From: Octopus sinensis
Lineage: Eukaryota
Length of the DNA stretch: 64,000 nucleotides
Assembly (NCBI RefSeq): GCF_006345805.1
Contig: NC_043002.1
Location: 35,836,001-35,900,000, forward strand
Reading direction: 5' to 3'
The position numbers were made by a program, and so were the translations under genes. The stretch's first letter is position 1. The number at the start of each line of letters is the position of its first letter. The notes beneath the pieces are model-generated. The model was not told where the DNA came from. It was given only the letters and a program-made list of their open reading frames with translations, and did no database searches. Of the stretch, positions 24,690 to 36,994 are shown one piece after another.

Positions 24690-26060
24690 TTCTTTTAAAC
24701 TGTTTCAGGTTAATACAAGCAGGAAAGACATGAGTAGGGAGAAGAGTTCATAGGGCCGAGGTTCTGTGAAAAACATAGAGGCATAAATGGTTACTAAGGG
24801 ACCGAGCAGTTTGAATGCACCAAGAATGACAGGATATAGGAAGACGAGTGGGTCGATAGTGTCTGCGTGATGGAGATATGAGGCCAACAAAGTCTGAAGA
24901 ACAAAGACTATCATAGTAGCGGGAGAAGAGAGAGAGAGAGAGAGACAGAGAGAGACAGACAGACAGAGACAGAGAGACAGAGATAGAGGGAGACGGGAGA
25001 GAGATTAAGCACGTATGTTTGTTAAAGGAGGTCGGAGCGTGCCTGTCAATGACTGAAATTCTATTAGTCAAGTGATGATCCTGAATGATAATGTGCGTTG
25101 AAGCAGCACCGTCTCAGATGTGAAACAGTACCTCAATGTGGGCATCACTTCATCACTTGCACCTTGTAGAGTGTCAGCTGTGTTGGGGGTGCTGAAATAT
25201 TTTCTAGAATTGAAGGGAAGGTCTAGTCTTTGGTATGCATTTCTGGCAATGATAAAGTTGTGCTTTTACTGGGAAAAATCCTCAGTATCAGTGAGGCCCA
25301 ACATTTTCAGCGACGGTTATGACTATAGCTGAATGTCTCTCATCTTTAATGGGGATGTGATACAGTAATGTTTTCTTAAAATGAATTGTGATTGAGTTTT
25401 CTTGCTATTAAAATAAACAGGTTTGGCATCGCCCTACTGAATAATGTTCTCAAGATCTCCGTTTATGGACCCAATTCAGGTTAGGCGTGCGGTGTCTAGG
25501 TTGTGCGTGGATGATGCATTGTTGGAGAAAGTTAGGGAGAACGGAAAGGTTATGTCACCTGCATAAGAATGGGCGTTGTTGCAGCAAGTAAGTCATTGAT
25601 GCATAGAAAGAAAAAGTGATAGACAAAACCGAACCCTGGGGACAATCAGAGTTGACTGAGACCGCCGCAGAAACAGCTAACTCAACACAATCAGATAGGA
25701 AGCTACCGAACCAAGAGAAGAGAGAAGAGCGATTAGTGGAACCGATATGCAGGAAGATTTGATAGATTTGTATACTGAATTTTGCTGAAGTCTACATCGA
25801 CATCATTACTTTCACCAAACTTCCCATAAGCGAGAGTCCATTGGTGAGTGACTTAAGTGAATAGGTCTCCAGTAAATCCAGCTCTGATGTTCAATGAGGG
25901 GAGAGCTGTCCAAGATTTTGGAGAATGTCGTTGTTACTGGCTGTCTTAGAAATCTTAGAGGTGAAAGCAATATGGCGACTGTTGGTTGGGTCAGAATTGT
26001 GATTCTTTGAAATGGAACACAGTGAAATGTACGTATAAATATCAGGGTATTTCTCCATAG
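24690..26060 (-). pseudogene. CR1/L2-group LINE RT and C-terminal remnant, heavily degenerate
   Basis: NSDPTNSRHIAFTSKISK (cf. DPSNYRPIALTS), VNSDCPQGSVLS (cf. GVPQGSVL), SYAGD (cf. YADD), LKMLGL...TLYKVQV, RTSALWTSLPTHVFP. Confidence 0.78.
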
Positions 26061-26248
26061 AGTGAGAGATTACAGGGTTTGGTAAAAATAGGAGCAAGTT
26101 CGAGCGCGCATCTTTTGAGTGTAATGGAAGAAAAATTGCAATGCACGGACACGCACAGAGACACCCACACGCACATGCACACGCATGCGCACACATATAT
26201 AGAGACATATAAAGGTAGATGGATAGACAGACAGACAGACAGACAGAC

Positions 26249-26311
<63 letters not shown>

Positions 26312-26979
26312 CAGACAGATAGATTATCAAGGACATTGATTCAGAAACATGAAATGTTTTACTAGCTCACCCCTTTAGAACGTACTCACGCGCTCGCGCG
26401 CGCGATGTATTACTATAGCTAGAAAACCAAGGCTACAGTTGGAAAATTTCAGCGATTTGTATGGCTGTGTCTGTGTCAGCATCTGCATGCGTGTATATAT
26501 ATTTGTGTCTATACATGTATACACACGCGCACACACACACACAAACACACACACACATACATGTACACACAGTATGCGATTTTGACTGATGGGGGTCCAA
26601 CCGCTTAGTCAAGTATCTAGCGCTTGTGTCTACAAATCTACAATGGGACATCAAACTCGCTCTAAGTTTTCAAACAAAAAGCCACAGTTCTCACACATGG
26701 CAGAAGAGCAGAATAGACTGGTGACAAGTTGGATTCGTATTTCCGTTTTTCCCTATTCATTGTTAGCACATTTAACCTTGAGGACTTAATGTCTTTTATA
26801 ATATCTTATAACATTTTCTAACGTCTACCCAAGGGTCTACAACCAAGTTTACGATGGTGCGCTAGATGTTGGGAGACCACTCCTTAGATATAAAGATAAA
26901 TTGAGAAGGTAATTGTATATTTCAAATGTACCCATGATGTACTTTGAAAGAATGACGCAGTATCGTAAATTATGGAGGA

Positions 26980-27040
<61 letters not shown>

Positions 27041-27175
27041 GTGTTTGTGTGTGTGTGTACATGCGTGCTTGCGTGTGTGCGTATACCCACATACACGCAC
27101 ACAATACACACACACATACGCACATATACGCATATATTATGTGTGTGTGTGTGTATGTATATATATGTATATATA

Positions 27176-27327
27176 TAATTTGCTCTTAGCATTAAAACTA
27201 AGTAAATATACATTTTGACACACACACACACACATACATACGCATTCCACATGTGTGTGCATACACGTATGTTTGTCTGTATATGTATATAGATTTGATA
27301 CTCGGAGCAGATTGCTTTCAATTGTAC

Positions 27328-27386
<59 letters not shown>

Positions 27387-27541
27387 GCATATATATATAC
27401 ATATAAATATATATATATGCGTGTGTGTGTGTATATACATATATATATATATATATATAGTACAATTGAAAGCAATCTGCTCCGAGTATCAAATCTATAT
27501 ACATATACAGACAAACATACGTGTATGCACACACATGTGTG

Positions 27542-27588
<47 letters not shown>

Positions 27589-27629
27589 AAAATGTATATT
27601 TACTTAGTTTTAATGCTAAGAGCAAATTA
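27176..27629. repeat. Long fold-back inverted repeat with arms of about 225 bp
   Basis: taatttgctcttagcattaaaactaagtaaatatacattttgac and atttgatactcggagcagattgctttcaattgtac reappear as reverse complements; the ORF track gives identical peptides on both strands. Confidence 0.95.
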
Positions 27630-27667
27630 TTTTCGATTGTACATCCTTTTTCAAGGTTTACTTGTAT

Positions 27668-27812
27668 CAACAATGCAACAGCAAGAGATCAGCAGCAGCA
27701 ACAACAACAACAACAGCAACAACAGCAACAGACACAACAACAGCAACAGCAGCAGTAGCAGCAGCAGCAGCCGCAACAACAACAACAGCAGCAGGAGCAA
27801 CAACAAAACAAA
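27668..27812. repeat. Mixed CAG/CAA trinucleotide tract
   Basis: Seen directly; TAG interrupts the Gln frame. Confidence 0.9.
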
Positions 27813-27823
27813 ATCAACAGATG

Positions 27824-27851
27824 CAGCTGTTTCGCGTGACGTCATCAGCTG
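27824..27851. promoter_or_regulatory. Candidate CRE (TGACGTCA) bracketed by two CAGCTG E-boxes
   Basis: cagctg 27824-27829, tgacgtca 27837-27844, cagctg 27846-27851; motif match only. Confidence 0.3.
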
Positions 27852-30039
27852 GTAACTGAGAATTGCAACATCAAGAGAGGGGCCTTCTGTCTGTAAAATC
27901 AGTCCTAATTTCGTCTTAACGCTTGATTGAAAAATTCTAACAAGACACACATACTCACTCACAGATAAAAAGCATTTACAAGTACGCTCAAAGAAACATG
28001 TATAGATTTGTGTATCATGGCACGTTTCAAATCAGGAAATACCTTACAGACTTTCACTCAAGTGTCTCATTTGTACATAAAATTGGACGTACAGACACGC
28101 AAACAGACACACACAGACGTACGCACACACACGCAACAGCCATATAAAGACAGCCAGATAGAAGGACGGACAGACAGATAAACAGACAGTGCAAAGTTCA
28201 TTTAAAGTGCTGAATGAACTGAAAAGACAAAATATGCATTAAAATAAATATGTATATCTTATATATATTTCGCTGTACTATATTACTGACTAACAACATG
28301 TATATAAATATATTCCACAGCTTTATCAGCAGGTAAATAGAAACAAATTTCAGGGAAAAGAAACTTATTTTATATTCTAGTATAATAGTAAACAGAAATG
28401 TTGATTTCAACATTCATAGCTCCCGGGTCGAGAGAATATATACCAGTAATATAATACTGTATAATTCGATTGACTTTAAATTTATGATTCCTGCACTTGT
28501 ACCAGAAATCGCGTCGAACAAAATATCTTGTATGTTTTGAGTTGCGACCATGTCCTCTGCAGATGTGATAAATGCAAGGGAAGACAATCATTCCAGCTAG
28601 TGAATGTACGCAGATGAGATCAAGCAGAGTCTGGACAATCACAAAATTTGCAGACTATCATTGACAACTCAAAGACTTTAAGACTAAATAAGCACGTTGC
28701 CCACAAAAGTCCGTTTATTTCTATAAAGAACCGAAAAACGTCTCTCGAATTTTCGCGAGCCCTCATCTATTGTCAAGTACAGTCGTATGAAGTGGACAAA
28801 TATTAATTCAACTAGTTCGGATCTGATGACAGTTTTCGAAGATTTCGTGTTGGTGTGGAACTGAATTTCAGCTGTTTCCAAGGCAGAGAGAAATGATGAG
28901 GAAATGTCATGGTCTAACATGGTTTCATCGTATAATCGACACCACTAATTAAAATGTGCACAAAGGTATCCTTGTATAAGACGGTTATCTATAATCTAAA
29001 GGACATTTGGCTGATATTTCTAAACGTCAAACGATTATATAGTGGTTAAATCGTCAGATCTAGTTGGCTGAGTTCTAAATGATCAAAAGCTTTTGATCAA
29101 AGGTGTTCCAACCATGAACATCTGTTTTATTTTCAGACTTAAGTGTACTTAGGACTACTTTATCAAATATATACTTTCTTTTTTTAAGTCTCAATGAAGT
29201 TTTGGTTGCTTTTCTAGCATATCGAACAACCACATGGAGGCTGGTTCGTTGTGTCGGGCAAAATATAAATTTGTACTTATGTAATGATTATGAGTGAAAG
29301 ATGTTCAGAAACGTCCATCCTATGGTATTAAATATTAGTAATTTTCCTTACAATGATTAAATCTTAGAGACCGGTTAATAGGTGGTGACGAAGTCTTTAA
29401 ACTGGGACAATTCACGCTAATCCGAGACGCATACTAAGGCATATAAACTTGTAAACGCGCACACGCACTGTCAGCGTGAAAGTTGAGTAAACCATTTACA
29501 GGAAACTAGTTGGTGGGAGAGGAAGGCAATACAACGAGCTTTAAAAAATGAACGGAATATAAAACGGAAAGAGGACAATAACAAAGCATACACATATGTA
29601 AATATACAAGTGCAGAAATCAGCATAATAAACAGCAAACATTAATCTATAAAAGTCCTAAATTCGGATGGATTTATATGCCGTGACAGAAAAAGGAATCT
29701 TAGGTTTTGAGGCCGTCACTTTGTCTGAAAGAAAAATAAGATATTTTTCAACTGAGATAAAGTAAAAAGATTGTCTATAGAATGAAGTTAGAGCCTCTAA
29801 ACGCCGAATTGCTGTTTTACACGTGGCATATATATCTATCCAAACTTGTAAATTGTATATTTTTTGCTAACACAAGACTGTTACCAAGCACTTAGGATGC
29901 ACAAACGCACACACACGCATATAGATTTACTTACATACATGTGTGTATAAATATATACATATATACACACATATATTCATAGATACATACATAAATATAT
30001 GTGTATGTGTTTATGAAAATGATGATGATGATGATGATG

Positions 30040-30415
30040 GCAGTCCGCATAACTGAATAAGACCATCAATGACCATTGTCCATGAAAGATGCCAGCAATG
30101 ACCGTGCATGAAGGTATTGCATCTGCGGTCGGCCTAACCCGGGCCCGCGCCCGCGGATTCCATGCTCGCTGCGGTACTCTCCAATTCGACCGGGCATCGC
30201 AAAGTCACCTTACCAGAGATTGCATCAACTAAAATTTTAGGTCCAATAAGGCTTGCACAATACCTCATGTACCTTCTTCACCCTTATGACATGATCCGAA
30301 AACAAGTCAGAGCAAGATATTCAGTGCCAATATGGGTCGCAAGCTCAGAAATGTGGGAATGCCATGATCTCAGGTGCAAACAAGAGATCTCCAAAAGGTT
30401 CAGTACCATATTCCC

Positions 30416-30418
<3 letters not shown>
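30040..30418. repeat. Dispersed repeat of about 375 bp (family G), second copy at 47570-47945
   Basis: Identical core aaaattttaggtccaataaggcttgcaca, collinear flanks (tgacatgat, cagtgcca.tatgggtc, catgatctca, ttcagtacca); both preceded by (GAT)n. Confidence 0.78.
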
Positions 30419-30459
<41 letters not shown>

Positions 30460-30555
30460 CACACATACACACACACAAGAAACAGATACAAATATACATG
30501 CATATAGAAATTTATATATAACTACCCGGGAATTTTACGTATCAGCAGACTAGCG

Positions 30556-30980
30556 GGATCTTTTCGGTTTGAACGGCAGTTTTTTCTAGCGGTGTCATAT
30601 GAAATTGTCACCCATAATTATGACCCTAGTATCGATCTGTTGCATTTCAGTCTGTTTTAGGGTTAGGGTTAGGGTTAGGTTGGGGGGAAGGGTTTCTTTT
30701 TTTCTTCACAAATGTAAATAAACCAAATTTGTTTCTTAAACGAGGGACATATTCATACGGCACAGAATGTTTTTTTTTACCTCAATAGATGTCATTGATT
30801 GGTTGAAATTGCAGAAATTGAAGAAAAACAACAACAAATATCTTACACACTATAGAATTTTCTCAGTAAAGCCAAAAGAAAAAGATGTTTTATAAACACA
30901 TTCTACCAGTATACGAAGTTTAAAATTTTTTAGTTACCTAGAAATTATGTTAAAAACTGCCGTTCAAACCGAAAAAATCT
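30556..30980. mobile_element. MITE with 29-bp TIRs, perfect 8-bp TSD and internal TTAGGG repeats
   Basis: TIRs ggatcttttcggtttgaacggcagttttt and aaaaactgccgttcaaaccgaaaaaatct; TSD gactagcg at 30548-30555 and 30981-30988; TTAGGG x3-4 at 30657-30679. Confidence 0.9.
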
Positions 30981-31124
30981 GACTAGCGTTCTATCCATGA
31001 TACGTTTCAAATGTCACACTCCTAACACCAGAGATATAATGATAAGCCCCAATTCTTAAGACAAAAAATTCCACAGACAATTTATATTGTTCTTACCCTA
31101 ACATATCTATAAATATACGCACCA

Positions 31125-31430
31125 CTGAAAATTCCAAAAAATAAAAGGTTATGAGGGGTTATATGGCGTGCGTAAAGCAGAATTCTGTCCATTTGTTTAC
31201 AGTTGACAACACGTGCTGTCACGCACAAAATGACAGCTTCCAAATCCTGTTTTCTGATTGGGTAAAAATGATCAAACTTCAAAACCCTGTAACAGTTTTA
31301 AAGAATTTTCTAGGAAAAACTAAATTATTTCTTGAAATTCAGCGGGGAAAATTATACCAACACACCAAACTTTAAAATTTTCACTAAACTTTAAGATTTC
31401 TACAGGTGTAGTCAAACAGAAAAGATTTCA
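31125..31430 (+). repeat. Dispersed repeat family E, second copy
   Basis: Collinear with 12860-13165. Confidence 0.75.
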
Positions 31431-31605
31431 CCATTGTTCAAGTCAGTATTCTCTTTCTATGTGTATGCACAAATATATGTACCCCCAACACTATACAGAC
31501 ATATACACATACATATGATATACAGTAAAATGTAGCACAGGACGACGACGAAGAAACAGGCGCAAATGATACACACACACACAAACAAATTGTGTATGTA
31601 TATAT

Positions 31606-31640
<35 letters not shown>

Positions 31641-31714
31641 GCGTTATACACACACACACACACACACATATATATATGTATATATATATATATATTATAT
31701 ATATATATATATAT

Positions 31715-32105
31715 ACTAGCAGTATCACCCGGCGTTGCTCGGGTTTGTAAGGGAAATAACTATCTAAGCATTTTTAGAGAGTTATAGCCAAAAAATAGCA
31801 AAAAAAATGCATTAAAAATGGAAAAAAATGATGGTAAATTTTTTTTAAAATCGTTGACACATCGTAGACATTTTTAGAGAGTTACTTCCCTTATATAATA
31901 GCGAAAAAATACATTAAAATGGAAAAAAATGATGGTAAATTATTTTTAAAATCGTAGACTCATCGTAGACGCGCGCTAATACCCAGAAGGGCTCGATATG
32001 AATCACGACTATAAGATACCCGGTTTTGGTTAAACTGCACCGCAAAATGTGGGAGTAGTTAGGAATCTAAATCGTAGGAGACAGACACACAACTTCACTT
32101 TTATA
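31715..32105 (+). mobile_element. Non-autonomous Helitron-like (Lep1/HINE-type) element with an internal duplication of about 115 bp
   Basis: 5' actagcagtatcacccggcgttgctcggg; 3' gagacagacacacaacttcacttttatatata; the block catttttagagagtta...atcgtagac occurs twice; inserted in (TA)n. Confidence 0.6.
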
Positions 32106-33531
32106 TATAATATATATATATAATATATATATATATTATATATATATATATAATATATATATATATATACATACACATCGCTTACGAAATGGAGTAAATA
32201 AGATCCAGGCCACATGGATGTTTCAATGTTTCATAGCGAGCGGAACCTCAGAAGTGGTAAATATCCAGGCGAGGTGTAAACCGGATCATTTCTATACCAT
32301 TCCGTAACTCTTGTATTCTTTTTCGCACACCTGGCCGTGAGATATAAAAAGAACTTTTTTCAGTTTGTCGTACTTCGATACGAAAAAAATCCACAACCTT
32401 CCGCCTCAATAAACCACTATTGTCCCTGAAAGTTGTTTTTTATATTTACTACGGATTGCTTGAAGTTAACTTTCTTCCTTCAACTCGATCCCTGGATCTT
32501 ATATATACATATACATACATACATACATACATACATACATACATACATACATACATACATACATACATACATACATACATACATACACATACACACACAC
32601 ACTAACACACACACACACATATATATATTCCGCCTTTCGTAGTGTCTTCCTATTTATTTTTCCATCCTTCCACCTTTCTTTCCATCTTCCAAGTCCTATA
32701 AGGACATCATTTCCTTGAGTGTTATTTCTGCACATGTCCTGTTTTATCTTAATGCTATCTCATAGCCGTAAGGTATTTATTTGTATATTTATTTATGTAC
32801 CAAAACCTATGTCGTTGTTTTCGTTGCCGTCTTTTACGTTTGCTCACCTATTCTCAACAACCTTTTGCTGTTGATGCCACCAAAATGAACAATCGTATCG
32901 TTGAAGGCGCGAAATTGTTATGATTTTTGGAAGATAATGACAAGCAAAAAGCTTGTCCACGTCTTAAGTGTAAATTTTTCGTGTGTTCCTTTGTCGTTAT
33001 TCAGTGTAATTTTTGAATATATATATACACACACACATACACCACATACACGCAACGATCTTCATGTCAGACTGTAGCCGTCTCACATGAGACATATGCA
33101 TATCATTGGGTTATCGTGACATATACATGTAGGATGACACCTATACCATTTTCTATACCATTTCCATAATTAAATATCATGTGACGAACAAGAACGACAT
33201 AACTGGAAGCTATTTCAACCTCAGGTTTTATATCAGACGATCTTATACACTTTTCCACTTTTATGCAGCACATAAGTCAGCTGGGGTTTGGTTTTGGACT
33301 TCCCTTTCTCCAAGTGGTTTTACAGCGGGCCCAGATACAATACTGGTTATTTCTACATCTCTACCGTAATATGTGTGTGTGTGCGTGTGTGCGTGCGTGC
33401 GTGTGTGTGTGTGTGCGTGCGCGTGTGTGTGTGTCCGTGTGTTGTATATGCATGCATACATACATACATACATACATACATACATACATACATACATACA
33501 TACATACATACACGCACGCACACACACACAC

Positions 33532-33562
<31 letters not shown>

Positions 33563-33904
33563 CAAACACACGCATGCATGTATATATTATATATATATAT
33601 ATATATTATATATATATATATACACACATACATATAATATATATACATACATACATATATACATACACTTGCACACACATACTAGTGGAAGTACCCGTAC
33701 CCAGCATGGCGCGAGTGTCAAATATGTAGAAACACATTTTGTTAAAATTATGATCAAGGTTTGGTTGTGGCTGGCAGAGGTAAACTGCAGGTTCGGATTC
33801 TATTTACTCTTGTTATGCTTGATAACACAGTATATCTTCTGTCATGCTTTCTTGGTAATTGTTCCAAAGATGTTGAGGAATGGATGGTGAACAGCACAGA
33901 AAAT

Positions 33905-34690
33905 TATAGTTAAGTGGTAACACTAAAATCATGGTGAAGTCACAAACGATCTTGATTTTTGGTGATTTCAGGCAAATTCTGTCAGTCATAGCGAAAGTTA
34001 CACTTAGACAGTGCATGTCCCAAAGAAACTTATATTTGGAAATGTGAAGACAAAAAACTTTATATTTCTGAAAATACGACAGTTACACTTAATGGGAAGT
34101 CTCAGTAGCCCTATTTGTCAAAATTTTACTTCAACCGAAAGCAATTGATACAAAGATTAGAGATCTACAAAATACAAAGAAAATGTGGAACAAGCAACAA
34201 CAGATCTCAAGAAATACCACTGAAGGTTTATCTTAGCCGATCTCTGAATTATAGAAACTGTCAGTGGCTTTCTGAATGTGCCACACTTGCTTTTCAAAAT
34301 GACATTAAGCAGGATGTCAGTATCACCATCACTGAACAGGTACCAACCATCCTAATCCTAATGGTACAAGTCAGTCCACATTATAGCTAACATTAACGAT
34401 GTTGCTAACTTTCCAACAGAGTTTCTCTAATCTCTCCAACCTACAGTTGTGTGTCCTCTCTGAAAGTAGGAGCACTCACGATGTTACGAAATTTGGATAT
34501 TCCAAGATTCAAGACTTGTAACAGTCAAAACTCTAACACCTTATGTGATCGAAGCCACCATTATGGTTGGTTCCACCAAAGGAGAAAATATTTTCATTTC
34601 GCACATTTCCCGTATTCCATCAGATATGTCATTTTCCATTAGCCATCAACAAGTCTCAAAAATAGTCCTATAAAGTTCTATATTGAATGC
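33905..34690 (+). pseudogene. Helitron RepHel PIF1-family helicase remnant
   Basis: TILIFGDFRQILSVI (cf. GDFRQILPV), NYRNCQWLSECATLAFQND, NFPTEFL, LKVGALTMLRNLDIPR, VIEATIMVGSTKGENIFI..ISRIPSD; many stops and frameshifts. Confidence 0.85.
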
Positions 34691-35384
34691 TTACGTGTTG
34701 GCCTAGCAGACATAAGTGATGCATATCAATTAGGAATTACAAACATCACCGCTTACAAATATAGATACAGGAAACTCTTCGCGAATTAGTTTCAGAAATG
34801 TTAGAGAAATGAAGGGGAAAATAGCTATGGGCTGCTGATATCCTATACCCAAGTGATACTAAACGGAATCTAAAGATGAACTAAGCAAATTCCAAAGAAA
34901 CCCAGCAGCACAATACTATGAAAAGAAAAATTAAATTAGTAAGGAAAATGAAGGCGGCCAAGAAGTGAATAAATAGCCTCGTGTGATAACATCGAATCTG
35001 GGATAAAGGAAAATGACAAAATCGTTTTTCAGACGATAAAACTGATAAAAAAAAAGAAAAGGAAAACGAAGCAACCTATTCTTTCTATCATTGAGAATAG
35101 AAAAAAAAAGGATCTTCTTCCTCTTCTCTCTCTCTTTTCGCTCTTCTCTTTGAGACTGCTCAAAAGCAGAAGATGGTCTGAGTTTTGCAAGGAATTTATC
35201 TTGCGCACAGAAAAACCAGAACAAACATTCGCAAATAAGTATGACATGTACCACGCTTTCGTTAATTGGTATACATGCCCATCAGTCGCCAGCAGATATG
35301 GATACCCTGTCTGCGATACTACCCATGACCTAGTAGAGCATCAAGTGACAAGTGGAGGGAAAGGGACTGCATCAGTCCTTGGGG

Positions 35385-35527
35385 TCATACTTATTTTCAG
35401 CTGAAAAGACTGTAGCAACGTGAAATGAAGTATCTAGCTCTAGACACAACGCACAGTCCGGTCCAAGAATTGAACCCAAGATATAATGATCGTGAGCTCA
35501 ACATCCTAAGCCACTAAGCCAAGGCCT
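35385..35527 (-). mobile_element. tRNA-headed SINE family H, 5' part
   Basis: Reverse complement ggccttggcttagtggcttagg...gggttcaattcttgg...ttgtgtctagagctagatacttcatttcacgttgct matches the 55090 copy. Confidence 0.7.
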
Positions 35528-35544
35528 TTACAGAGTATAAGCTA

Positions 35545-35850
35545 AAGCGCTCTTTCAGGTAGCAAGCTGTCAAATATGCCGTCAATCATGAACCACTCCT
35601 CACCACAATGAACCGATGAAAGCTCGCCTTTTACAGCCATGGATCCCCGTTGAAAACCATTTTCAGAAAACACTTGTAGAAGGGTGTAGAAAATGCAAAG
35701 AAAATCCTGGTCTGACATCAAAAAACTTGATGGACCTCAACACTGCGGCCCTTCTACGTGTGACAGAAAGGGCCTTGTGGTGATTGTTAGCCGTCAGGAT
35801 ATCTACAATAGCATCTCAGCGACTGGATGCGCCAGTCACAGGAAAATGAT
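35545..35850 (+). pseudogene. RTE-clade LINE 3' ORF fragment
   Basis: EPLLTTMNR*KLAFYSH..PLKTIF resembles the RTE C-terminal EPLLATVKRRKLAWFGH..LSKTIL; frameshifted. Confidence 0.55.
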
Positions 35851-36053
35851 TATAATGACATATATATGATAACAACACATCATTTGGAAAAAACTTATAT
35901 TTGAAAGCCTGAAAAGAAAAATGTGACGTTTAAGAATTATCAGTGGTATTAGATTTTAACTTTTTCTATCCAAAGGGGGTTTTCAACCCAATATCTATAG
36001 CTTTATGTGTACGCGTGGAGATATTACAATATATATATTATATAATATTATAT

Positions 36054-36136
<83 letters not shown>

Positions 36137-36210
36137 ATAAAATATTAGGGAATAAATCCAAACTTACAGGAAAAATCAGATTTAGGATTGAATCCAATTT
36201 TATAGTAAAA

Positions 36211-36401
36211 TATTATATTATATTAAATTAGAGATAAAACCACTATTAGGCAAATCAACAATGAAAAACTTAAGCCAATACATAAAATTAATTAATTCAT
36301 ATTATTTTATATATTTAAAATAATATAAATTAATTAATTTTATATATTGGCTTAAGTTTTTCATTGTTTGATTTGCCTATAGTGGTTTTATCTCTAATTT
36401 A

Positions 36402-36413
<12 letters not shown>
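36211..36413. repeat. Fold-back inverted repeat with arms of about 90-100 bp, flanked by (TA)n
   Basis: aaattagagataaaaccacta...aatgaaaaacttaagccaata.ataaaattaattaatt mirrored at 36328-36413; the spacer is itself quasi-palindromic. Confidence 0.92.
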
Positions 36414-36482
<69 letters not shown>

Positions 36483-36603
36483 CATACATACATATATATG
36501 TATATATATATACATACATACATATATGTTATATATACATACATACATACCTATATAATATATATATATATATATCTATATATATATTACATACATACAT
36601 ACA

Positions 36604-36655
<52 letters not shown>

Positions 36656-36994
36656 CATATATATATATACATATACACACACACATATATATACAGTAAG
36701 TATAGAACCTCGCAGTACGAGTGCACGCATTGTACGAGTAATTTGCTGCACAGCCGAAGCTCGTGCGAAGTTTTGTCTTGAAGTACGAGCGGAAATCCGC
36801 ATTACGAGCGAGTTTCCTGCAAGCGACTAGTCGGCGCTGAGCTCGCACACGCTCTCCCAACAAGCGCAGTCTACGCTCGTTCAGTTCACGTGTTTATCGT
36901 TGTGGCAGCATCCCTATTGTGTTTTTCCCATTTTTTTTTTTGTTTTGTGCGGTTTTTTTTTCTGGCTATTATTTTATAATAATTAGTTGTTAGG

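Noticed and set aside
26884-27855. Long ORFs (200-216 aa) in the ORF track, and similar ones at 33.2-33.9, 49.1-49.6 and 61.5-62.2 kb
   Set aside because: They are translations of (TA)n, (CA)n and (TACA)n microsatellites (YI/HT/CV repeats).
27662-27859. PolyQ-like coding exon
   Set aside because: The Gln frame has an internal TAG, the other frames give low-complexity S/N or A/T runs, and there is no convincing acceptor.
30657-30679. True telomere or chromosome-fusion site
   Set aside because: Only 3-4 units, located inside a TIR- and TSD-bounded MITE.
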